64,000 nt of DNA from positions 186,001 through 250,000 of IMG/VR virus record IMGVR_UViG_3300020188_000808; one strand, 5' to 3'. The first letter of the stretch is position 1; each line of letters starts with the position of its first letter. The position numbers were made by a program, and so were the translations under genes. A model generated the notes under the pieces. It was given only the letters and a program-made list of their open reading frames with translations, ran no database searches and was not told the DNA's origin. Below are positions 1 to 9,327 of the stretch, piece after piece.

Positions 1-35
1 ATTTTGTATTCCTCTTTCTGTTTGTTCAGTGCCAT
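1..35 (-). CDS. 5' end of a gene running off the left edge (MALNKQKEEYK...)
   Basis: ATG at 35 with an open frame to position 1, preceded by a sigma70-like promoter at 59..87. Confidence 0.55.
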   Translation of the reverse strand, partial: MALNKQKEEYK

Positions 36-58
36 ACTTAATTTCTTAGTATGTATAT

Positions 59-87
59 ATAATAGCACCTCTTTATCAAAAGGTCAA
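59..87 (-). promoter_or_regulatory. sigma70-like promoter TTGACC-N17-TATTAT
   Basis: Read directly; 17-nt spacer; lies upstream of the ATG at 35. Confidence 0.6.
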
Positions 88-128
88 CCAGAAAACGCAG
101 TTTTTTTAAGAAAAAATATGTAGTAATA

Positions 129-518
129 TCAAGGGGTTAGTTCTTCATCTGTCCGTTTTAGGGCTTTAGCTAGTCCATATTTACGGACATCTCCACTAAA
201 CAGATGTAATTCCATGCTCTTTTTTTCACTTGTAACTGTAATATGCTTGTTAGTTACATAGTATGGACAATCAATAAACTTATCTAAGAACAGTATAATT
301 TGGGTAGTTATTTTAAATTCGGGAGGAAATGGTATTTCGTAAGTAACTAATTCTAATTGGTCTGTAATAAACATCATGCCTTCGTCAGTTAGACGTAACC
401 CGCCAACTGCTCTAGTGTTTTGCCACCATAAAGGCATATATTCTTTTAACGTACTATCATTAATACTAATGTTGGCTTGTTTTAAGAACACCTTGGTATA
501 GGTTTCTTTCCAGTTCAT
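129..518 (-). CDS. hypothetical phage protein
   Basis: 129-aa ORF tightly packed with its neighbours; no recognised motif. Confidence 0.75.
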   Translation of the reverse strand: MNWKETYTKVFLKQANISINDSTLKEYMPLWWQNTRAVGGLRLTDEGMMFITDQLELVTYEIPFPPEFKITTQIILFLDKFIDCPYYVTNKHITVTSEKKSMELHLFSGDVRKYGLAKALKRTDEELTP

Positions 519-519
519 T

Positions 520-810
520 CTATTCTTCTTCTACTACTGGTCCGGTAGTTAACTTTACAACAGTAAACTCTTTAGTTGTAAATAATTCGTTTAATTTACT
601 TGCTAAGTTGTGTGCATGACCAGGATTACTGAAACTAACTTTTTTATATTTAGGCCCAGGATAATTAGTTAATGAATTTAAACTTTTTAAGTTAAAAGGA
701 TTACCTTGATAGAATACTGCCCAAATAGCCTCAGCGGCTAGAATCTGCTCGCTTCTATAAGACTTTTTGTCTGTATATTCTAATAAAATATTTGGTTTTG
801 GTCTACTCAT
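520..810 (-). CDS. hypothetical phage protein
   Basis: 96-aa ORF with GGAG SD and a GATAAATA motif upstream. Confidence 0.75.
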   Translation of the reverse strand: MSRPKPNILLEYTDKKSYRSEQILAAEAIWAVFYQGNPFNLKSLNSLTNYPGPKYKKVSFSNPGHAHNLASKLNELFTTKEFTVVKLTTGPVVEEE

Positions 811-829
811 TTATTATCTTCTCCCATAG

Positions 830-837
830 TATTTATC
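830..837 (-). promoter_or_regulatory. T4-late-like promoter GATAAATA
   Basis: Motif 20 nt upstream of the ATG at 810; recurs before many late-type genes. Confidence 0.6.
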
Positions 838-869
838 CAAAAAGGAGAGTTAAATGCGTAGTTTATTAG

Positions 870-1115
870 TTACTTCCAGCCTTGTCCGCCGCCGTCTACA
901 GTTACATTAATAACTTCTTCAGCGTTCTTTTCTTGGTGTACTAGAGCTTCTAAATCGCCGTGTAAGCGACTCATTACACTACCGATAGTAAATGCTAAGT
1001 TCTTAGCATCTCTAATGTTTAATGTAATGTCTTTTAGTTGCTGGTTATCAGCAGTCTTAACTCGGTCAATAAACTGCTGTAATGGAATTGTATTTAATGG
1101 ATTAACGGTTGGCAC
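870..1115 (-). CDS. hypothetical protein
   Basis: 81-aa ORF overlapping the stop region of the upstream gene. Confidence 0.65.
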   Translation of the reverse strand: MPTVNPLNTIPLQQFIDRVKTADNQQLKDITLNIRDAKNLAFTIGSVMSRLHGDLEALVHQEKNAEEVINVTVDGGGQGWK

Positions 1116-1584
1116 GTGATAACTCCTGTCTCATTTCAATCTCTGTTTTGAATGGACCTTTATATTCATAAGTTTCTAACGTTACTAGTTTTGGGCAAAA
1201 ACTTTTGACCCAACCCTTATCAAAGTGAATACAAAAATAACCTGCACAATACAAGCTCTTTGATTTTTTACTTTTTGTAAATAACCCAAACTTACGTTTT
1301 ACATCAAACATACTGTTGTAAGGAATAGTACTAGTTGGCAGATTATAAATTTCTTTTGAAATATTTTTCTTTGCTTCACTAACGTCTGATTTATTCCAAA
1401 GTAGAGAACCTAAATTCTTTTCAACAATACTTTTTGTATCATACATATATGTTCCAGTGTCGCAACTATACATATATTTGTTATCAGCATCACGTGATAG
1501 TGTGCCTTTCTTTTCATTTGAGTCTGTATCTTCAATAATCCAGAACTTGTTTTTTAATATTTCGTTTGCTTTTAGTTTTGTCAT
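1102..1584 (-). CDS. hypothetical phage protein
   Basis: 160-aa ORF, ATGA-coupled to rnh. Confidence 0.75.
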   Translation of the reverse strand: MTKLKANEILKNKFWIIEDTDSNEKKGTLSRDADNKYMYSCDTGTYMYDTKSIVEKNLGSLLWNKSDVSEAKKNISKEIYNLPTSTIPYNSMFDVKRKFGLFTKSKKSKSLYCAGYFCIHFDKGWVKSFCPKLVTLETYEYKGPFKTEIEMRQELSRANR

Positions 1585-2570
1585 TTTACCGGATACCTCG
1601 CTTGTAATGGTTTTGAATATGCTTGTGCATTATCAGAAATTCGTTGCATATCATATAATGCACAAAATTTCATAAGACGCAACCCAACCTGTGAAATATT
1701 TTTAGGTTGTGCATTTTCGTTAATAGTATTAGAAATCTTTTCTTTAATGTTTTCAGGCTGTGCAGTTAGGTCGCATAGTACAACATTACGTTGATAGTCA
1801 TCTAGTACACGATGCTCTTCACCGTTATGATCAACCCAACGTTGCAACATTATATTATTCCAGTTGTAACCTTTTGTGTCTTTGTCTGCATATGCTTCTT
1901 GCAATCCAACTTTGTTCTTTGTACCTTTTTTACGTACACCTGGATATGCACTAAACACATTATCACTAGTGTCGCCTCGCATACATTTTTCAAACAGCAT
2001 ATAGTCTGGATTAGGAGCAGGCTTTTCTAAACCTGTTTTCTTATCAATTATAGGTTTTCTTTTCTTATCATCAAAGTAGCCTTCATGTGTGATAATAGTA
2101 TTACTAACACCGTTGTATTGTGTTACATTAGGTGCAATTAGTTGTGCAAAGTCACCGTCAGTACTAATAATAACGTGTTCATCGTCTGGATGATGTTGTA
2201 CCCAACCAGCAATTAAATCATCTGCTTCAAGTTCAGGATGTTGCATAACAGTACAGTTAGTCTTTGTAGTTACAAAATCTTTAAATGCATCAAACGTTTC
2301 CCAGAATACTTTTTCTTCTTCTGCTTGACTAGGACTAAGTGCATCACGTGTCTCTTGCCGATTACGTTTGTAAGGCTCGTAATAATCCTTACGCCAACTA
2401 CGACCTTCTAAGCAGAACACTATATGATCTGCATCAAAGTCTTCCCATGCTTTCTTAATACTGTTTAATGTAATATGAAACGCCATGCCTACTTTTGTAT
2501 CAAGGTCACCACGTACTACATGCCTTGCTCTAAAGAATGTATTTGCCGTGTCTACTAATACGTATTTCAT
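1581..2570 (-). CDS. rnh: T4-type RNase H / 5'-3' flap exonuclease (PIN/FEN fold)
   Basis: Motifs LVDTAN, EADDLI, STDGDF, GDTSDN; likely start MKYVLVD at 2570 (ATGA overlap with the upstream stop). Confidence 0.9.
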   Translation of the reverse strand: MKYVLVDTANTFFRARHVVRGDLDTKVGMAFHITLNSIKKAWEDFDADHIVFCLEGRSWRKDYYEPYKRNRQETRDALSPSQAEEEKVFWETFDAFKDFVTTKTNCTVMQHPELEADDLIAGWVQHHPDDEHVIISTDGDFAQLIAPNVTQYNGVSNTIITHEGYFDDKKRKPIIDKKTGLEKPAPNPDYMLFEKCMRGDTSDNVFSAYPGVRKKGTKNKVGLQEAYADKDTKGYNWNNIMLQRWVDHNGEEHRVLDDYQRNVVLCDLTAQPENIKEKISNTINENAQPKNISQVGLRLMKFCALYDMQRISDNAQAYSKPLQARYPVK

Positions 2571-3523
2571 AATGTTACCCACTCCGTTTTGCCTAATATA
2601 TATAATGCCCATATAGCATGAAACGTTTCATTAGGATGAAATCCATTAAGACTGCTTGTCTTTAATAATTTGTTACTTGCTTCTAAATTATCTAACTGTT
2701 TCATCATATACTCTTGTTTACCTTCTACATTTCCGTATGTACTGTAATGCTCAGTCCACCAACCGGCTTCGTTAATTACAGGTAAATCAAAAACGTTACC
2801 ATGCATCTGTGAAGTTAATCTAACCCACGGACATGTTACTATTATAAACGATTCTGTATTAAAGTCAACCTGAAATGGATTAAAATTCTTCCAAACTAGA
2901 CCATTTACATTTGTATGTAATTTAAGAATTCGATCATATTCGGTTAACATCATTGTATCATATGCCTGAAACCATTCGGCATCAGTCATCTTGTTCGTTA
3001 ATGTTTGTTTAGTTGTATAAAGATTATCATAACCTTTTAACAATCTATGTTTATCTTCAATTTTAGATTGGTCTCTACCGGGACTAGTTAATTGTAATTG
3101 GACAAATACTTCTTCATAAAGAACAGAATATTCTTCAAGTAATCGATCTAAGTCTTGTAACATGTTTTGGTTACAGTTACCAGGAACTGCTGATAGTATT
3201 AGATCACTATCCAGCATTTTTGCACTATGACTTGCAAATGAATGATTGACTCTATATGTTATATTATCTCTACCAAGTCCGCTTTGTACACCTTGAAAGT
3301 TATCACCATAGGTCCAACTTTCACCTACAGAAATTAACAGTCTTGATTTTTTCTTGTTCTTAACATACACTTCTGTATTTCTAGCAGAAATCCAATCTGG
3401 TTTAGTTGGGCACTCACGAACCCATACACGAGTTCCTAAACTTTGTTGGATTATTCCGGGTGTATAACTATCTGACGGAAAGGTAACTTGTTCTACCCAT
3501 TTAGGATGCTTCACTTTTGCCAT
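2567..3523 (-). CDS. SGNH/GDSL-hydrolase-like hypothetical protein
   Basis: GESWTYG block-I-like motif, PGNCN, C-terminal GFHPN; likely start MAKVKH at 3523. Confidence 0.55.
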   Translation of the reverse strand: MAKVKHPKWVEQVTFPSDSYTPGIIQQSLGTRVWVRECPTKPDWISARNTEVYVKNKKKSRLLISVGESWTYGDNFQGVQSGLGRDNITYRVNHSFASHSAKMLDSDLILSAVPGNCNQNMLQDLDRLLEEYSVLYEEVFVQLQLTSPGRDQSKIEDKHRLLKGYDNLYTTKQTLTNKMTDAEWFQAYDTMMLTEYDRILKLHTNVNGLVWKNFNPFQVDFNTESFIIVTCPWVRLTSQMHGNVFDLPVINEAGWWTEHYSTYGNVEGKQEYMMKQLDNLEASNKLLKTSSLNGFHPNETFHAIWALYILGKTEWVTL

Positions 3524-3878
3524 CTTTTCTAGGAACAATTTTAATATGGCCAGCTTCTCTTTGCGGATCATGTCCTTGTTCTGTCAAAATTGTTCTAGCA
3601 ACATCTTTAAACCAACCGTCAATAATTTCTTCGTTTGTTTCACCTTTATATCCAACATCAAGTAACTGCTCAATAAACTCGTTATTCCAATCAAGTTCAA
3701 AGAAACCATTCTTAATATCTTTTGGATTAACTTGTGTATCTAATACACCAACCCAAGGTTTACCTGCTTTTGTTGCCTCAGCTTTTTCACGTTCCATAGC
3801 CTCTTTACTTGTAGGAGGAGTATTACCATCACTACTTGATTTAGACTTTGTAAACATAGTTTTTAGTTTTTCAATCAT
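3501..3878 (-). CDS. hypothetical phage protein
   Basis: 125-aa ORF with GGA SD. Confidence 0.7.
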   Translation of the reverse strand: MIEKLKTMFTKSKSSSDGNTPPTSKEAMEREKAEATKAGKPWVGVLDTQVNPKDIKNGFFELDWNNEFIEQLLDVGYKGETNEEIIDGWFKDVARTILTEQGHDPQREAGHIKIVPRKDGKSEAS

Positions 3879-3888
3879 AGTCTTTCCT

Positions 3889-3969
3889 TTATAGTAGACC
3901 TTTTTCTCTTAACTGTTCATCAAGAGGTCTAGTGTCTTTTGTTGCGTTGTGCTTCTTAACCTTTAACAT
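3889..3969 (-). CDS. possible 26-aa peptide (MLKVKKHNATKDTRPLDEQLREKGLL)
   Basis: Fills the gap directly after the queE stop; it is the 3' end of the track ORF 3889..4392. Confidence 0.35.
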   Translation of the reverse strand: MLKVKKHNATKDTRPLDEQLREKGLL

Positions 3970-3973
3970 TTCA

Positions 3974-4873
3974 TCAAGTTCCCCAGGCATTTCCGAATAA
4001 GCTGATGTGTAGTCTTGGAGTGAATCGCCATCCTTTTGCCATACACGCTTCAGCAACATCTTTAACGTTGAGGGAATATTCTTCACTGCGTCCACCCAAA
4101 GGCATAAGATATACTGGACATTGTACCCCGGCACTTCTGTAAGCCTCCACAGCTCTTTCAACTTCTTCAAAGTCGCCTTGAGTAGCGACAACAAACTTAA
4201 GATAGATGTCGCAATTAGTAATAGTACTATACTGACTAGCCACATCAGGCTTAATAGCAGTATCCCAAGGTTCTCCACTAACACTAAGTTTTGGGGAACA
4301 AGACCATGTAACTTTAATCCTGTCTTGATTGTTGAGATAGTCAAAGAAATCTTCGTGTAAAGTTTGCGTAGTGTTTGTTTCAAATGTAACATTTTTTAAG
4401 TCCTGCATACGTGGATGCTCGAATAATTCAATATATAATCGTTGCCATGCAAGTAATGGCTCGCCTCCGGTTAATATTAAATGGACATCTTGTCCATTGT
4501 CCTGTACCCACTTACCATTTGGAGTAAGTGAAAGTAAATGTTCAACAACAGCATCAACACCTGCTAGTTTATTAAAGTGTTTAAACTCAGGGTAGATACT
4601 TGCGTATGTATCACAACCTGTGTGTATAATAGGCAAGTCATTAAATTCTTTTGTAGTTTCGTGTACACCAGCATCAATCAATGCTTTAACTTCTGCATTG
4701 TGTTTTTTGCCGTCTTTGTGTTGTTCCCAACGATCACGTTTCTCATCTGTACCAAAGTTCATACAACGAAAATTACAACCAAATGTACGTAAGAACACAC
4801 TAGGTACTCCTACATATTGTCCTTCACCTTGTACACTATAAAATGCTTCTGAGTATCTAAGTTGAGCTGGCAT
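3974..4873 (-). CDS. queE: 7-carboxy-7-deazaguanine synthase (radical SAM)
   Basis: FYSVQGEG, VFLRTFGCNFRC, a later CDT cysteine, TGGEP, ETN, SPKL, C-terminal RLH. Confidence 0.92.
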   Translation of the reverse strand: MPAQLRYSEAFYSVQGEGQYVGVPSVFLRTFGCNFRCMNFGTDEKRDRWEQHKDGKKHNAEVKALIDAGVHETTKEFNDLPIIHTGCDTYASIYPEFKHFNKLAGVDAVVEHLLSLTPNGKWVQDNGQDVHLILTGGEPLLAWQRLYIELFEHPRMQDLKNVTFETNTTQTLHEDFFDYLNNQDRIKVTWSCSPKLSVSGEPWDTAIKPDVASQYSTITNCDIYLKFVVATQGDFEEVERAVEAYRSAGVQCPVYLMPLGGRSEEYSLNVKDVAEACMAKGWRFTPRLHISLFGNAWGT

Positions 4874-5061
4874 TATAATTCCTCCGCAATACCTAGTAAT
4901 TCAGCAATAAGAAATCCACTTGCAAGCCAAACAATACTACCAGTATACAATGCTATAGCACAAGCACCAATACGTAATGTGCTTTTTATAATACTAATAT
5001 AAAAATGTTTTTTATTAGGATCTCTAGGTTGTGGTACAAATACTCTTTCTGGAATAGGCAT
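4873..5061 (-). CDS. small membrane protein
   Basis: 62 aa with two hydrophobic segments; TAATG-coupled to queE. Confidence 0.6.
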   Translation of the reverse strand: MPIPERVFVPQPRDPNKKHFYISIIKSTLRIGACAIALYTGSIVWLASGFLIAELLGIAEEL

Positions 5062-5249
5062 TATGACACCACCTTAAGCAAAGGCTCAGTAGTCGTACTA
5101 TCATTATAGTCATCACCAAAGAACCTACGTACCGTTGTTTCTTTGCGTAGCATACCGTCTTTAACACGATACGTAATAAACTCTTGCTTAACAACTCCTG
5201 ACATATCGCCCAGGCTGTCAACTGCTGATTTTAATGGTCCGTCACTCAT
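5061..5249 (-). CDS. hypothetical protein
   Basis: 62-aa ORF translationally coupled on both sides. Confidence 0.6.
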   Translation of the reverse strand: MSDGPLKSAVDSLGDMSGVVKQEFITYRVKDGMLRKETTVRRFFGDDYNDSTTTEPLLKVVS

Positions 5250-5929
5250 TTTGAAAACTCCTGTTGTAATTTAATATTGTCCATAAATTCTTTTTTAGTA
5301 CCCGCATCTTCATTAAAAGCACCTTTAAGCACAGTTGTCTGTGTTAAACTGCTAGTTGCCATAATGCCTCTATTCTCACAACACCCATGTGTTGCCTGAA
5401 TATAAACACCTACGTTCTTTGAACCAGTTGCTTTCATAATCTCACGTGCGATATCATTACAAAGTTCTTCTTGTAGTGTACCACGTCTAGCACACCATTG
5501 TGCAATACGTGTGTATTTGCTTAAACCAATTAGTGTTTCAGCGGCAATAATACCAATGTATGCAATACCTGTTACTGGTTGATGATGATGTGAACACACA
5601 CTTTTAAGTTCTGAACGTACAACTAACATACCTTGATAACCATCATCTACATGATTAGGAAATGCAGTTGCATTAGGCATAGGATCATAACGTCCTGCCA
5701 TTAGTTCATTAATATACATTTTAGCAAGACGTCTACCAGTGTCCATACTGTTAGGATCATTTGCTCTATCAATTAATAAACTATCTAATACTGATTCAAA
5801 CTTAGGTGTAAGTTCTTCAATCAGTTCTTCTTTGTCGCCCTTCTGTAGGACTAAACTAATATTATCACCCGCCCAGTAACGTATGCCTTGTTCTTCTAGG
5901 CGAGCTTTAATTTGTTCACTTTTACTCAT
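5246..5929 (-). CDS. folE: GTP cyclohydrolase I
   Basis: SVCSHHHQP, GLSKYTR, LQEEL, HGCCENRG motifs. Confidence 0.95.
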   Translation of the reverse strand: MSKSEQIKARLEEQGIRYWAGDNISLVLQKGDKEELIEELTPKFESVLDSLLIDRANDPNSMDTGRRLAKMYINELMAGRYDPMPNATAFPNHVDDGYQGMLVVRSELKSVCSHHHQPVTGIAYIGIIAAETLIGLSKYTRIAQWCARRGTLQEELCNDIAREIMKATGSKNVGVYIQATHGCCENRGIMATSSLTQTTVLKGAFNEDAGTKKEFMDNIKLQQEFSK

Positions 5930-5973
5930 TTGTTTCTCCGATGTTAAGGCAGTGGATTGCCAAAGTTAGTATT

Positions 5974-6002
5974 ATTATATACTTTATTTAGGTTTTTGTC
6001 AA
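5974..6002 (-). promoter_or_regulatory. consensus sigma70 promoter TTGACA-N17-TATAAT upstream of folE
   Basis: Perfect -35/-10 read directly; the spacer also contains TAAATA. Confidence 0.85.
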
Positions 6003-6007
6003 TGACT

Positions 6008-6214
6008 TTAAGCACCAAAATGTTTGTCTAACATTTCAAGTCTGTCATTAGCAGTGGCCATTTTATCTAACTCTTTTTGAATTGTTTCGATAATATCTGA
6101 ATGCTCACCAATACCTACAACATTCTGCATATATACTTCGATGTTAGTCTTATGCAATTCAATCTCCGCTTCTGCGTGTTTCCTTGCCGCTTGTATCATT
6201 TGCTGTTTCAACAT
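6008..6214 (-). CDS. small hypothetical phage protein
   Basis: 68-aa helical ORF with a VGIGEHSDI motif. Confidence 0.7.
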   Translation of the reverse strand: MLKQQMIQAARKHAEAEIELHKTNIEVYMQNVVGIGEHSDIIETIQKELDKMATANDRLEMLDKHFGA

Positions 6215-6225
6215 AAAGTTCCTTT

Positions 6226-7074
6226 CTAAAATTGTGACGGCAAATACTCTGTAGCAATCATTTTATGAATCATTTCATCAAAATGCTCTCCGTCTACAGT
6301 ATAGTTGCCTACGTTGATATCTTTTTGTTGAAGAAACCAATCTTCAACGGTCGTCTTTGCTACTTGGATATAATTGAAATCAAAAAATTCTTTGTTCATT
6401 TCTTTTGGTATCCATGTCCAACTGTTTATTCCAAACAGTTTTACTTTAGCACCGTTGTTACGGCACAATTCTTGTATAATATATATCTCCTTAAACCACT
6501 CACGTTGTGCTTTAAGGCTCATAACTTCCATCCATGTTTTTACAGTCATGTATGGTTCATTTCTTAGATCAGGCTTTGCTAATTTAAAGTCTGGGTCGTA
6601 TACTGATTTAAAGGGTACTTCCTTTTGAAAGTCCATTGGCCAAACTTGCATTGGTATGTCATTAACACTACCGTCAGATGTTTGATTAGCAGGATACCAA
6701 CAGTCGATGCGTCCTTTTGTAAGTTCTTTAACATAGGTTGCATCTAGCGGTACAATGTTTTCATAGTGTGTAGGAAATTGAATACTTAATCTAAAACGAT
6801 TCCAGTAGGTCATTTGCACAACAACTTCTTCAATGTCGTCATATGTTTTAAACAAATGACTTAACCATTCTGAATAAGTCCACCAACCGTTTTGTGGATT
6901 AGCAAATATAACGCCGTCAGCATCTTTACTATTAATGTAATGTTCAGCCCAGTTGTTATCATTCCACTTACCACTATAAGGCCAGTGTTCTTGTGTCATG
7001 TCTTCTTTTGCTTCAGGCATATCACCAACGTGATATCCACTTGTATGACTACAACCTATAGCGGCAATTCTCAT
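6226..7074 (-). CDS. SGNH-like hypothetical protein
   Basis: N-terminal IGCSHTSG and C-terminal DGEHF. Confidence 0.55.
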   Translation of the reverse strand: MRIAAIGCSHTSGYHVGDMPEAKEDMTQEHWPYSGKWNDNNWAEHYINSKDADGVIFANPQNGWWTYSEWLSHLFKTYDDIEEVVVQMTYWNRFRLSIQFPTHYENIVPLDATYVKELTKGRIDCWYPANQTSDGSVNDIPMQVWPMDFQKEVPFKSVYDPDFKLAKPDLRNEPYMTVKTWMEVMSLKAQREWFKEIYIIQELCRNNGAKVKLFGINSWTWIPKEMNKEFFDFNYIQVAKTTVEDWFLQQKDINVGNYTVDGEHFDEMIHKMIATEYLPSQF

Positions 7075-7451
7075 GACTCGTAACTTTGTTTTGTAGGAAG
7101 AACACCACGAACACCACCTTTTGGATCGTCCATATCCCCGTCACGTCTAAAAATTAAATGTACATGTGGATACATACAAGTTTGTCCTGCACTCTTGCCT
7201 ATATTAATACCCATGTTGTAACCTGTAATATTATTGTTTTTACTTACAACATTTTCGTAGCCCATAGTAACACCATAATTAAAACATTTCATAATAGCTT
7301 CATGTGTGTTTTCACGTGGTACAATTAGTGTGTGTCCTTCTGTAACAGGATACTTGTCATTGTATACAACAAAGTCTCTTGTACTAATCTGTACATCGTT
7401 CCAAGGTGCTCTACCATCTGCTTGAGCTTGTTCTAAATTATCAACTTTCAT
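7071..7451 (-). CDS. HIT-family nucleotide hydrolase
   Basis: DKYPVTEGHTLIVP and GQTCMYPHVHLI (first His of the triad is Tyr); likely start MKVDN at 7451. Confidence 0.88.
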   Translation of the reverse strand: MKVDNLEQAQADGRAPWNDVQISTRDFVVYNDKYPVTEGHTLIVPRENTHEAIMKCFNYGVTMGYENVVSKNNNITGYNMGINIGKSAGQTCMYPHVHLIFRRDGDMDDPKGGVRGVLPTKQSYES

Positions 7452-8161
7452 TTTATACTCCATTTTGGATCACGTTTAATTAACTTCTTAGGTCTTAGTT
7501 TTAAGGCTCTAGTCATTAAATTAATTATACCACCTTTCTTAAAGTTTGTCAAATATCTTTTACGTTCTAATTCTTTAATCAGTTCATCTGTAAGTAAACA
7601 CTCTTCTAAACCGACCTTATTTGTCAAGTTAGTTGTTGTAAACTTAATGTAGCACAACGGGTCACCACGCTTAATAGACAGCTTAGATCGCGTATTATCA
7701 AAGATAAACCCCCAACTAGTAGTCCTTATCCACTTGTGTATATTAAAAGATCCACCAACAACTTCTCCAGGAAAGTTTTCGTTATGCATAAATGGCGGAA
7801 GTATTTCCATTAAGCAAGGCTCGTCTGCAACAAACAAATAATTTAAATTAAATTGAAATAATGGTTTTTTAACATCGTGCATATCTTCTTTAGGGTGTAT
7901 AGTAAACAAGTTATGTAATTGATGGTCATCAATTTCGTTAGATGTAACAACTACTATTCCGTCTTTAACTTCTGCATCAAACGACACAGGAGACTTTAAT
8001 AGAAACAAGTTGTTATAAAATCCTTGATATGAAGGACAATCAATAACACCACGCTTGTTGTAATCTTTGTTAACTACTTTTGGCGTTTTAAATCTTTCAG
8101 GTTCTATAACTAATAGATCAGGAATAGCACCTGCCCAACACCACCCTATATCAGCTGTCAT
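7448..8161 (-). CDS. hypothetical protein, possibly beta-rich dUTPase-like fold
   Basis: 237-aa ORF; CPxxxG and IKRGDPLC motifs resemble ORF 38479..39231. Confidence 0.55.
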   Translation of the reverse strand: MTADIGWCWAGAIPDLLVIEPERFKTPKVVNKDYNKRGVIDCPSYQGFYNNLFLLKSPVSFDAEVKDGIVVVTSNEIDDHQLHNLFTIHPKEDMHDVKKPLFQFNLNYLFVADEPCLMEILPPFMHNENFPGEVVGGSFNIHKWIRTTSWGFIFDNTRSKLSIKRGDPLCYIKFTTTNLTNKVGLEECLLTDELIKELERKRYLTNFKKGGIINLMTRALKLRPKKLIKRDPKWSIK

Positions 8162-8699
8162 ATTCGCCTACATTCTCCCAAGGATATACTAACCATACAT
8201 CATTTTCTTCTTTATTAATTTCGTGGCAAGTGTAATTTACGTCATGAAAAGTACTTGCTAGGTTTTCAGTGAGTGTAGCAAAGCGAACATTGTTACCCCA
8301 AACACGTTCCCATTTAGGATCGTTAGGTAAACAACTTGCTTGCCAGTCTTCTTTGATCCAATTGAATGTAGCACCAGTATCGTTGATATCATCTACAATA
8401 AGAATTTTCTTTTCTAATGGACCACCTGTAACTTTTAATGCATCATCACTTACATAACCATATGCATCTTCTGCCATCCAAAAGTTACTTTCTTGATGAC
8501 TTTCACTATCACGTAGACTTACTTTAATTGCTTCGCAACGAATGCCTGTCATGTTTGAAATAATAGTAGCAGGTACATTACCTCCACGTGTAATACCTAC
8601 AATATAATCAGGACGCCAATGGTCCTTATACATTTGATTTACAATATTAACGCACATGTTTTCTACGTCAGTCCAACTATAGTAATGTTTCTTAATCAT
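8151..8699 (-). CDS. type I phosphoribosyltransferase (purine PRTase-like)
   Basis: VGITRGG, PRPP-binding ILIVDDINDTGATF, C-terminal WLVYPWE. Confidence 0.9.
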   Translation of the reverse strand: MIKKHYYSWTDVENMCVNIVNQMYKDHWRPDYIVGITRGGNVPATIISNMTGIRCEAIKVSLRDSESHQESNFWMAEDAYGYVSDDALKVTGGPLEKKILIVDDINDTGATFNWIKEDWQASCLPNDPKWERVWGNNVRFATLTENLASTFHDVNYTCHEINKEENDVWLVYPWENVGEYDS

Positions 8700-9327
8700 T
8701 TTTGTTTCTCCAAGGGTATGTTTCTTTCATTGCTAACCTTAATGGTCCTTGTGTGTGTATTTCAGGATCAAAGGGTACAAATTTGATAGTAGGTGTAAAT
8801 CTGTGAAAGTCTTTGAAAGGAGTAGCAGTATGTAATATATTACTTTTGAAAATAATCATACGTCCTGGAATAGGAGGGATAGCAATAATTTCAGGATATG
8901 ATTGACCTTCAATAGTACCTTCGTGTTTAAGGTTAGTAATAAACTTTGTTTCACCACCTTGATTAATATCCCAGCTATTGTTTGCATAGAACATAAATGT
9001 CCATGCATTATCACCTTCGTCATCAATGTGATAGTTTGCTAATTCACGTGGTGCAAAGATGTTTGCATGTGATCTTTTTAATACTGATCCATGTACATGC
9101 GGTACATGTTCTTCTAAGAATGTCCAAAGACTGTTAAATGTTTTAGTACCTAAGTAATCTCCGGTACTCATTCCTGTTGGAGGCAAATCAACATCGTCAA
9201 CTTCACCGTAGAAATAATTCCAACTAGCGACTTCTGTTACTAGTTCATTTAGTTCAGGTGGTCCAAATACTTCATCATATATTTTAATATCACCATCTAA
9301 GTATTCTGTAATTTTAGGCTTATGCAT
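8692..9327 (-). CDS. 2OG-Fe(II) oxygenase
   Basis: HxD (YHIDD), GGET, distal His (ILHTA) and Arg. Confidence 0.85.
   Translation of the reverse strand: MHKPKITEYLDGDIKIYDEVFGPPELNELVTEVASWNYFYGEVDDVDLPPTGMSTGDYLGTKTFNSLWTFLEEHVPHVHGSVLKRSHANIFAPRELANYHIDDEGDNAWTFMFYANNSWDINQGGETKFITNLKHEGTIEGQSYPEIIAIPPIPGRMIIFKSNILHTATPFKDFHRFTPTIKFVPFDPEIHTQGPLRLAMKETYPWRNKND

Noticed and set aside
3970-4392. 167-aa minus-strand ORF 3889..4392 overlapping queE
   Set aside because: Alternative frame inside a well-supported queE; only the last 26 codons lie in free space.
5930-5975. preQ1 riboswitch upstream of folE
   Set aside because: No match to the preQ1-I stem and A-rich tail pattern; only a 4-bp hairpin.
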